From the NCBI GenBank assembly GCA_002084955.1, contig MZGJ01000001.1:1-49231 (forward strand): DNA of 49,231 nt, in the 5' to 3' direction. Shown piece by piece: positions 27,576-34,934 of the stretch. Numbering within the stretch: the stretch's first letter is position 1; the number at the start of each line of letters is the position of its first letter. Source of the stretch: a candidate division CPR3 bacterium 4484_211. GTDB taxonomy: Bacteria > Patescibacteriota > 4484-211. Position numbers and translations under genes: made by a program. Under the pieces are notes generated by a model that was given only the letters and a program-made list of their open reading frames with translations, did not search any database and was not told where the DNA came from.

Positions 27576-30500
27576 TCAGAAAAATTTACGGCGTAGAGCA
27601 AAAACTGGAGAAATAAAGTAGAGCAGCGCCTGAAAGTAAAAGCCCAGCGCTTCCCTCAGAGAAACTCCGGTAACCGGAAGCTCCGCCTCCGGCGTTGCCG
27701 AAACCTGATTGGCATTAGTTGACTCATTCCCCCGCTCGTCTACTGACCGCAATGTGTAGTAATAGGTGGTCCCGTTTACCAAACCGGTGTCGGTATACGA
27801 AGCAACCGAAGAATCGGCGCTTGATTTCACCAAATCGCCCAAACTCCCTTCCGTGGTACTGCGGTAGATATTAACATGATCAAAATCCGCCTGTGAAGGA
27901 TTGGTCCAACTCAATTCCACCTGGGTGCTTCCAGAAACGGCTGTGATATCCGTCGGCGCATCAGGCGGCGTGGTATCAGCACCGCCGGTGGTCAGAGCAA
28001 ACTGCGTAAAGTGGTTAACCGTAAAGGTAATCTGATTGCTGTCCGTGTCCACGGTGAAACTGGTAATTCCCTGCCAAAGAGAAGAGGTGGTGTCATAGTA
28101 AGAGGCCCCAATCTGATCCTCGGTAATTCCCAATTCATCCAACATTCCCTCAGTGTAAGGAATAGTAATGGTCACATCGGAGTTAAAAGTGGAGTTAACC
28201 GGGGTGCCGTCGGCCAAAGCCCGCAAATCATACCCAAAGGCCAAGGGGCGGGCGTTCTCCTGTTTGGCAAGCTGTTCTGTGGGGGTGGCGACTACGGTAA
28301 CCGTCCCCGACTGAGCAATAGCCCCTGCAGGAATGCTGATTACCGCTCCATTCTCCAAAGTAATCACCGCCGGATTGGTGGCCGAAAAACTACGAGAGGT
28401 CGCCGGAGGAATGGTAAAATCAGTCTCCGCTAGAGCAAGGTCTTGAGTTTGCTGTGCCGAGTCCACCGTCACAATATATTCCGGACTGCGGTAGAACGTG
28501 CCATCTTCCTTTTTGTAATCAGCGCCTACATGCCAGACATCCCCTTTGGTCACATTGAGAGAATAATCTCCTGAGAAACTCATCACTTCGGAATGACCTC
28601 CCTGGTCCGACCAGGCCCAAACAAAAGCCGAACTCTTAGCGCCGTCAATAAAAACCGACCCCTTAATCACCGCATCCGACGCTTTATACCTCAAGGTAAC
28701 CTTTTTGGTTTCTCCCTTGGCTACAGTAACGCGCTGAATATCCGGATTCATGTAGCCGATGCTTGCCGGCGCACCCGATCCCACTCCGTAGGTACCGGCA
28801 GGCACCTGCAGAACAATCTTCCCTCCAGCATCCACAATATCGCCAGTATGAATCCCCTTGCCCATATCTTCACTGCCCTCGCCTTCTTTCCCCGCATGGG
28901 TATCAGCAAAAGCAAAAACTCCATCCAAGGGCTCACCATTGGGATCCAGCACGGTAACCTCTATGGCGGCATCGGCGCTTAATAAAGTAAAGTTTCTTTC
29001 CACCGTTTTACCAGAAGCAACCACCGTCTTGGAATCGTCCGGGGGCCTCATCATATAGCCTGATGAGGGATCAACAAAAACCCCCAGGAACCAGCTGGTA
29101 CCCCCTACCACATCCAAAACATACCTTCCCGTATCCTGATCCACAAAAGTATGCTTCATTCCCCCGGTGGGAGAATGTCCAAAAACTTCCACGTGCACCC
29201 CTTTTACGAGGCGGCCATTCTCATCAACAATTTTTCCTGTAATGCGGGCGTCGTTTGCCTTGACCACAACATCAACACTCTTGGTCTCATTGTCCTTTAC
29301 GACAACCGTTTTCCCGGCCATAGCCGAGTACTGCGAACCCGGCGGCAAGTGAACCATCACTGTCCAGGTCCCCGCCGGCACGGCTAAACTAAAACTTCCG
29401 TTGGAAATCTCAGTTCCCGGACCAGGCATCGGAGGATCTCCTGCTCCTTCCATAGCTTCCGCCCACCCAAAAAGATCGGTCATAACCTGCCCGCTCTCAT
29501 CCTTGACCAAACCGGTTATCACGGCGGTGGCACTGACCAGCTTAAATTCAACACCGCTCACCGTCTGATCCTTAGAAAGCGATACTTCTCTCGGAGGCCC
29601 GCCCATATAGACATACCCCTCCTCCGGCCGCGGCATAATCTCCCATTCCCCCGGCGACACCAACAGGTCAAACTTGCCCCCCGCCTCAGAAGTCGTCTCT
29701 GTCCAGCCGCTTCCCCCTGGACTCCAGGCCTCCACTTTAATGCCCTCAATTCCATTTCCTGCCTTATCAAGCACCCTTCCCAAAACATGCTCATTCTTTT
29801 TAACCAGGGTAATCGTCCCCAGGTCCTTAGTCTCACCCTCACCCACCCTAAAGGGATCCATCTGGGGCACGGCGTATGATTGGTCATCTAAATGCACACC
29901 CAGCTTATACTTTCCGGCCGGAACATTAACCGTAAAAACTCCCTGGTCGTTTAGGCCCCCCCCTGACCCCATGCCGTCCGAACCCCTCACATCTACGCCC
30001 CCGCGGGCGGCCGGCGAGCCATCGGGATAAAGAACCTGACCAATAACCCTGGCAGTAGCCTTAACCACCGTAAAATTAACCTTGGCCGATTCTTCAGTGT
30101 CATCGTCAGCAAAAGAAACAATGCGCGGAGGGTTAGTATAGGCCCAATTCACCGGCAATTGTGTATTTGTATCCTTATCCCAAGGGGCATTAAGCATTAG
30201 CTCCCACTCACCGCCGGTTAAACCCAGCTCATAAGTACCATCAGCCTCCATCACCGTGGATAACCAATTACGCCCGCCCTTTTGATTGGCTCCCACCTCC
30301 ACATTGGTCGGGACAGTTCCGTCGCCAAATTTCACCTTTCCGGTAACCACTTTAGACGGCAACCTCACCGCGATCTCACCCATATCGTACACCCCGCCGC
30401 TATAGCTGATCGCCGGAGTCTCGGCGGGATTTACATAGCCGGAACCCGGAGAAAGCCAGACTTCCAGCAGGTAATCCCCTGCCTCCACACCGACAAAAGA

Positions 30501-31184
30501 AAAAGCTCCATCTTCCCCAGTTCCCCACTGGTAGGACTTAGAGTAATCTTTCGTGTGCAGTTCCAGCCCTACCATAGACAAGCCATTCCCCTTCGGGTCA
30601 ACTACTTTACCCATAACCACATTTCCCAAATAAAATGCCCCTATTTTGCCTCCCTGATCAATACGGTCCATGGGTCCGCCCTCCCCGCCCAAAAGCTCCA
30701 CCGTCCCCACCTCAATCTGCACGTTAAAACTACCCGCCACCTGAGGATTAATCACATTGCCCAAGGTAAAACTAACCTTCTGTCCACCAGATAAAGCATT
30801 GGAAAAAAGCGCTGTGTAAATATTCGTTTCATTCCCTTCGCCGCCACCCGGGACCAGACTTAAATCATCAGAGGCAAAAGTGGCGTTGGAAAAATCCGGA
30901 GATTGAGTCGGATCCGGCTCCCCTCCTCCCTCTCCACGACTCTCATAGTTAACAATGACATTTACAAAACCAGCCGTATTCTCGGCCATGTTCACCGGAA
31001 TATCCGAGGTAGGGGTAAACGAAAACTGATAACTGGTATTCGCCCCCAAAGAAGTGTCCGCCGGCGCAACAGAAATTACAAACTCAGAAGGAACAACACC
31101 AAAAACAGATGGAGCAAGAAGAAGAGAGAGGAAGAAAGAAGCCAGAACGACGTTAAAAAGAATTAACCCTTTTCCTTTTACCAT
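27576..31184 (-). CDS. LPXTG-anchored giant surface protein with CarboxypepD_reg-like beta-sandwich repeats and an FN3 domain
   Basis: It has a signal peptide (MVKGKGLILFNVVLASFFLSLLLAPSVFG). At least 7 repeats of the type GKVVDPKGNGL / GRVLDKAGNGIEGIKVEAW / GKIVDENGRLVKGVHVEVF are present. There is an FN3-like segment (VELSWTNPSQADFDHVNIYRS). The C-terminal sorting signal is LPVTG (27666..27680), a hydrophobic stretch, then RRKFF. Confidence 0.8.
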   Translation of the reverse strand: MVKGKGLILFNVVLASFFLSLLLAPSVFGVVPSEFVISVAPADTSLGANTSYQFSFTPTSDIPVNMAENTAGFVNVIVNYESRGEGGGEPDPTQSPDFSNATFASDDLSLVPGGGEGNETNIYTALFSNALSGGQKVSFTLGNVINPQVAGSFNVQIEVGTVELLGGEGGPMDRIDQGGKIGAFYLGNVVMGKVVDPKGNGLSMVGLELHTKDYSKSYQWGTGEDGAFSFVGVEAGDYLLEVWLSPGSGYVNPAETPAISYSGGVYDMGEIAVRLPSKVVTGKVKFGDGTVPTNVEVGANQKGGRNWLSTVMEADGTYELGLTGGEWELMLNAPWDKDTNTQLPVNWAYTNPPRIVSFADDDTEESAKVNFTVVKATARVIGQVLYPDGSPAARGGVDVRGSDGMGSGGGLNDQGVFTVNVPAGKYKLGVHLDDQSYAVPQMDPFRVGEGETKDLGTITLVKKNEHVLGRVLDKAGNGIEGIKVEAWSPGGSGWTETTSEAGGKFDLLVSPGEWEIMPRPEEGYVYMGGPPREVSLSKDQTVSGVEFKLVSATAVITGLVKDESGQVMTDLFGWAEAMEGAGDPPMPGPGTEISNGSFSLAVPAGTWTVMVHLPPGSQYSAMAGKTVVVKDNETKSVDVVVKANDARITGKIVDENGRLVKGVHVEVFGHSPTGGMKHTFVDQDTGRYVLDVVGGTSWFLGVFVDPSSGYMMRPPDDSKTVVASGKTVERNFTLLSADAAIEVTVLDPNGEPLDGVFAFADTHAGKEGEGSEDMGKGIHTGDIVDAGGKIVLQVPAGTYGVGSGAPASIGYMNPDIQRVTVAKGETKKVTLRYKASDAVIKGSVFIDGAKSSAFVWAWSDQGGHSEVMSFSGDYSLNVTKGDVWHVGADYKKEDGTFYRSPEYIVTVDSAQQTQDLALAETDFTIPPATSRSFSATNPAVITLENGAVISIPAGAIAQSGTVTVVATPTEQLAKQENARPLAFGYDLRALADGTPVNSTFNSDVTITIPYTEGMLDELGITEDQIGASYYDTTSSLWQGITSFTVDTDSNQITFTVNHFTQFALTTGGADTTPPDAPTDITAVSGSTQVELSWTNPSQADFDHVNIYRSTTEGSLGDLVKSSADSSVASYTDTGLVNGTTYYYTLRSVDERGNESTNANQVSATPEAELPVTGVSLREALGFYFQALLYFISPVFALRRKFF

Positions 31185-31511
31185 AGGCAGTATTGCTTAC
31201 AGGGAGAAAGTACCATATTTTGTCAAGCGATGTCAAGGACTATCATCAATATCCTCATAACCGATGGGGATTGTTTCCTGAGGGATAGTATATGACGGGA
31301 GGGTTCGCTCCAGCATTAATTGAAAAGTCAAACGGGTGCACTCATCCTGCCGAGGCAAGTTGGTACCGCTTTCAAAAGGCAATTCTTTGGGTAGGACTAT
31401 TCTTGTAAACTTAAAAGGAATCGTGATGCCTTTTCTCATGATTTATCTGGTTACAACTTAATCTTAACATACCTTTCAAGAGTTTTACCCATGAACTCAA
31501 GAAGGGAAACT

Positions 31512-32057
31512 CTAAAATAAGGCAAAAATAATCAAGGGAACAAGCATTCCCAAAATCAATTGGGGAACCGTATGTCTTTTCTTCTTCCACCTTGACCAGC
31601 AAACCAACAAGACTAATGGAAACAGCCACCACCAGAACCAAGATGCCGTCTGGTTCAATAAAAAGTAAAAAGCCGTATTTATAGCCGCATGAACACTAAT
31701 TTTATAAAACAGAGTAATGAAGAAGATGATTATCAAGAGGACGCAAAAAGGGGTAAAAAGCTCCAAAAAAACACCGCCCAAATAGGCGCGCGCCAAAAGG
31801 TAGAGACCTGCATAACAAAGGGCAGTTAAGCCATAGGCAAGATAACGGTCATGCCGATCCGTGGCGTCCAGATCTTTAATCCAACCCCTTCGCAAACCAT
31901 AGATAAAAAAAACAACCGGAATCACCCAACCTACAAGCAAAAAGACAAACAGCCAACCGCTAATTAGGCATCTTCCCCCCTTGAGGAACAAAAAGATAAG
32001 AATTAAAGGAATCTCCGAGGGAGGTCCGGAAAGACGGGAAATATATTCGGCAAGCAT
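31512..32057 (-). CDS. Polytopic membrane protein (tentatively PAP2-like)
   Basis: 181 aa, with 5-6 hydrophobic segments. KISVHAA and SRWKKKRHTVPQ loosely resemble PAP2 motifs C2/C3. The family assignment is weak. Confidence 0.45.
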   Translation of the reverse strand: MLAEYISRLSGPPSEIPLILIFLFLKGGRCLISGWLFVFLLVGWVIPVVFFIYGLRRGWIKDLDATDRHDRYLAYGLTALCYAGLYLLARAYLGGVFLELFTPFCVLLIIIFFITLFYKISVHAAINTAFYFLLNQTASWFWWWLFPLVLLVCWSRWKKKRHTVPQLILGMLVPLIIFALF

Positions 32058-32117
32058 TGTCTAAATTCTATCCTAAACGTCAATCACCCAACATTCCAGA
32101 AGCAGACCCTAATTAAA

Positions 32118-32669
32118 TTACTCAACCGTCTCCACAACAGTTCCCACCGGCAATAGCTTGTAAAGCTGGGTAATAACCCGGTTGTCATGCCGAATACAGC
32201 CGTGGGACGCCGGCCGGCCGAGGAATTGCGGCTCGTTGGTACCGTGCAGACCAATATCGGTTCTTACATACCCGCCCTCCTGCCACCGAGCCAACCGGAG
32301 GAAATAGGGGCCATATTCACCCGACGAACTCTCTTTAGAAATGATTTTCCACCTTCCCAGAGGAGTATAGTAGGGAATCTTATACCTAGAGGCTGACCCG
32401 GTGGAAACCGGCGACTTCATAATAAGCTGTCCGTTTTTATAAACATATTCCACATTTTCCGAAACATCAACCACCACATAAAACGAAGCGTCTTCCTTAA
32501 CCGGGGCTGCCAAAGGACTATTGATTTGTATCCGTTCCACCAGCCCTTGCGGAGGCAGGGCGCGAAAATTGCCATAGTCAGTTTCCCCCCCGGGTAGTAC
32601 CGGCATACTCGCCCCAACAGCCAAAACGAGGATTATTTCTAACACACCCAAAAGAATTTTCCAATACAT
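32118..32669 (-). CDS. L,D-transpeptidase (YkuD fold)
   Basis: It has the catalytic signature HGTNEPQFLGRPASHGCIRH. I start it at MYWKILLGV (TM anchor). The longer track ORF (to 32735) runs into the 130-nt repeat. Confidence 0.85.
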   Translation of the reverse strand: MYWKILLGVLEIILVLAVGASMPVLPGGETDYGNFRALPPQGLVERIQINSPLAAPVKEDASFYVVVDVSENVEYVYKNGQLIMKSPVSTGSASRYKIPYYTPLGRWKIISKESSSGEYGPYFLRLARWQEGGYVRTDIGLHGTNEPQFLGRPASHGCIRHDNRVITQLYKLLPVGTVVETVE

Positions 32670-32685
32670 AAGGATTACTGAAGGT

Positions 32686-32815
32686 GGGTCATAAATGCCC
32701 AACCCGGTTGTCATAGTCATAATGACAATGACCAAGCACCAAATTACAAATTACAAACAAATTCTAAATCCAAAACTCAAATGACCAAAACTTTCCCATG
32801 TCTAGAATTTGGAAA
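32686..32815. repeat. Right copy of the 130-nt inverted repeat (partner 1..130)
   Basis: See feature 1..130. Identity is 127/130 in inverted orientation. Confidence 0.9.
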
Positions 32816-32904
32816 ATTGTCACTTAGATATTGTTTGAAATCTGCCATTTGGGTTTGGTTTGACATTGGGCATTTTTAATTTGACATTTTACGGATTCAC
32901 CCTT

Positions 32905-32974
32905 TTCGAGGGGCAATCCTTATTTTACTGCTGAACTACAAACTTGGCTTATGCGCGCTTAAGATTGCAGACTA
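32905..32974. repeat. Left arm of a ~70-nt imperfect inverted repeat (partner 34809..34880)
   Basis: ctgaactacaaacttggcttatgcgcgcttaagattgcagacta matches the reverse complement of the 34809.. sequence, ctgaattacaaacttggcctattgcgcgtttaagatcgcagacta. Weaker similarity extends to 32905. Confidence 0.75.
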
Positions 32975-33075
32975 AGTGCAGTACCATTCGGTACACGGCA
33001 AGAGTCTGCTTTTGCGGTTAAATTTTGAAATTATGTCCCGGCTATAAGGATTACTATGACGACTGGGACGTCATG

Positions 33076-33555
33076 CTACGCATACCTATCGGCAACACTG
33101 CTCGCCCCAAATGATTCCGGCTTTGTCCTAACATTAAACCCCATTCCACGAACCATGCCGATGATCTCGGCCAACATATCACGAGTCTCTCCACCGGCTC
33201 CGATATCCACATGGATTTCCAATTCATACCCCAAAATTTCCTCCCCGGGGAAGGCACTTATAAACCGCTGAGCCAAACGCAAAGACCTTAAAGCCTCTTC
33301 ATAAATTCTCTGACGCAAAAAGTACTTTCTCTCTTCAACAGAGCGGCGCCAAAAGTAAATACCCCCCGCCCCAACCCGATGGACGACCACCGCACTTACA
33401 AAATCTACCCTCCTGGAATTCTTAGTCTGCGAATCGGTACCAATAATTATGCGGTAGCGACAAGCAGGCTCTTTACGAAGGTAGGCCAAAATTTTCTCCA
33501 AAACCCCAGTAAAACTCAATTGGCCGTAGGTAGGACTATTAAAGGAAAGCTCCAT
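33076..33555 (-). CDS. DUF458 / YkuK-like (RNase H-fold) protein
   Basis: YRIIIGTDSQ...VDFVSAVVVHRVGAGGIYFWRR resembles the YkuK family core. The call is from memory of the family pattern only. Confidence 0.5.
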   Translation of the reverse strand: MELSFNSPTYGQLSFTGVLEKILAYLRKEPACRYRIIIGTDSQTKNSRRVDFVSAVVVHRVGAGGIYFWRRSVEERKYFLRQRIYEEALRSLRLAQRFISAFPGEEILGYELEIHVDIGAGGETRDMLAEIIGMVRGMGFNVRTKPESFGASSVADRYA

Positions 33556-33561
33556 GGTTCG

Positions 33562-34686
33562 TTATTCTTTTCCCTCCGTTATCAGTCTCTTATAAATCTC
33601 CAAATACTTTTGGCCAACCACGTTCCAGTCGTACTGTTCTACTTCCCTTCTTCCCCAGTCTGACATCCGCCGCCTTAGATCTGAGTCCCGACAAAGCTGG
33701 ATCAAAGCTAACGCCAGCCGGTCAACATCACCACTTTCCACCAAAAAGCGCCTCCCCTCCCCTGTCAAAACATCCCGATATCCCGCATTATCAAAAGCCA
33801 CAATCGGCAAATTGGCCGCCATAGCCTCGACTAAAACTATGCCAAAACACTCACCGTGCACCGCCGGAGAACAAAAAATATCCGAACCGCGGTAGTACGA
33901 AGGCAATTCATCATCGGGGACATAGCCCGTAAAACAGACATCTTCCAAATGGTTCCGTCGGACAAATTCCTCTGCCTCATCCCTAAGAGACCCCTTACCC
34001 ACAACCAGCAGACCCGCCTCATCCACTTCACTTTTTACCTTCAAAAAGGCCCGAAGCAAATGCATTAAACCTTTACGTTTATCCAACCTGCCCACATAAA
34101 CAATCTGCACCCAACTTTTTGGGAAAAAACGTTTTCCTCGCGCCAACCGAAAACGCTCCACATTTATTCCAGGCGGAATAATATGATAATCTCCGGGAGC
34201 AATTCTTTGCATTAGCTCTCTGGCGGCGGTGGAATCGGCTATTTTAATCTTCATTTTCCCCACATAGTGGCCAAAAATGGGAAAACTTAGGCGAAAGACT
34301 TGAGGCAAGCGCTCGGGCTCCCAAAAATTATGAAATGTCCCCACCGAAGGCAGTTGACCGACATCTAAAAAACGAATCCCCAGCAAGCCAAAAACCCCCT
34401 GAATGTGAAGCAGATCCACCCCCCCGTCTTTAAGGAGAAACTTAATATCGGCTTCTTCCACCCAGTCGGCAAACACCGAAATTTCGGCATCATTTCCGGG
34501 GAGATTTTTCACCCGACCCAAGCGGCAGACCTTAAAGCCCAACTGCTCACTTTCCCCTTTAGCACCGCCGGTAAAGATCACCGCGTGATGCCCCTGTTGA
34601 GTAACAAATTTGTACAATCCTTTAACAAATCTTTGGACGCCTCCGGGGTGATCTATATCGCTGTCAAGAACAAAACCGATGGTCAT
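33562..34686 (-). CDS. Glycosyltransferase, family 4
   Basis: It has GECFGIVLVEAMAANLPIVA (E-x7-E region). I place the start at the ATG of MTIGFVLDSD (34686), because the TTG track start (34713) lies inside the predicted promoter. Confidence 0.8.
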   Translation of the reverse strand: MTIGFVLDSDIDHPGGVQRFVKGLYKFVTQQGHHAVIFTGGAKGESEQLGFKVCRLGRVKNLPGNDAEISVFADWVEEADIKFLLKDGGVDLLHIQGVFGLLGIRFLDVGQLPSVGTFHNFWEPERLPQVFRLSFPIFGHYVGKMKIKIADSTAARELMQRIAPGDYHIIPPGINVERFRLARGKRFFPKSWVQIVYVGRLDKRKGLMHLLRAFLKVKSEVDEAGLLVVGKGSLRDEAEEFVRRNHLEDVCFTGYVPDDELPSYYRGSDIFCSPAVHGECFGIVLVEAMAANLPIVAFDNAGYRDVLTGEGRRFLVESGDVDRLALALIQLCRDSDLRRRMSDWGRREVEQYDWNVVGQKYLEIYKRLITEGKE

Positions 34687-34692
34687 AGGAAT

Positions 34693-34720
34693 ATTATAAA
34701 GTGCAAAGCTCAAAACTCAA
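34693..34720 (-). promoter_or_regulatory. Candidate promoter for the GT4 gene (near-leaderless)
   Basis: The minus strand reads TTGAGT-16 nt-TATAAT-attcct-ATG. The -10 ends 6 nt before the ATG. The region consists of phased heptamers (TTGAACT TTGAGTT TTGAGCT TTGCACT). Confidence 0.5.
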
Positions 34721-34808
34721 AGTTCAAAAACTCAGCCTAAACTTAAATCAGCCTTGTTAATCACCAAAACTTCACAATTCCCGATCAAGCATCATTTAAA
34801 TGCGGCTC

Positions 34809-34880
34809 TAGTCTGCGATCTTAAACGCGCAATAGGCCAAGTTTGTAATTCAGTGATTAAAATAGGAGTTACTCCTTGAA
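34809..34880. repeat. Right arm of the ~70-nt imperfect inverted repeat (partner 32905..32974)
   Basis: See 32905..32974. Confidence 0.75.
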
Positions 34881-34895
34881 ATTTCCAAACAAGTA

Positions 34896-34924
34896 TTGAC
34901 CCAACCTACTCCTTTATATATACT
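34896..34924 (+). promoter_or_regulatory. Candidate promoter of the plus-strand secretion-like cluster (near-leaderless)
   Basis: TTGACC-17 nt-TATACT. The -10 ends 10 nt before the ATG at 34935. Confidence 0.55.
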
Positions 34925-34934
34925 TGAGAGCAAG

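Noticed and set aside
31233-31439. 68-aa minus-strand ORF
   Set aside because: It could be a real small protein, but it has no motif, no ribosome-binding site and no partner that I can recognise. It is not reported as a feature.
32670-32735. N-terminal extension (MVIVIMTMTTGLGIYDPPSVIL) of the L,D-transpeptidase ORF
   Set aside because: The extension lies inside the 130-nt repeat, which also occurs in a non-genic context at the window start. The downstream Met begins a normal TM anchor.
34896-34934. TTG start of the 1204-aa track ORF
   Set aside because: That TTG is the first half of the TTGACC -35 hexamer. The ATG at 34935 begins a typical signal peptide.
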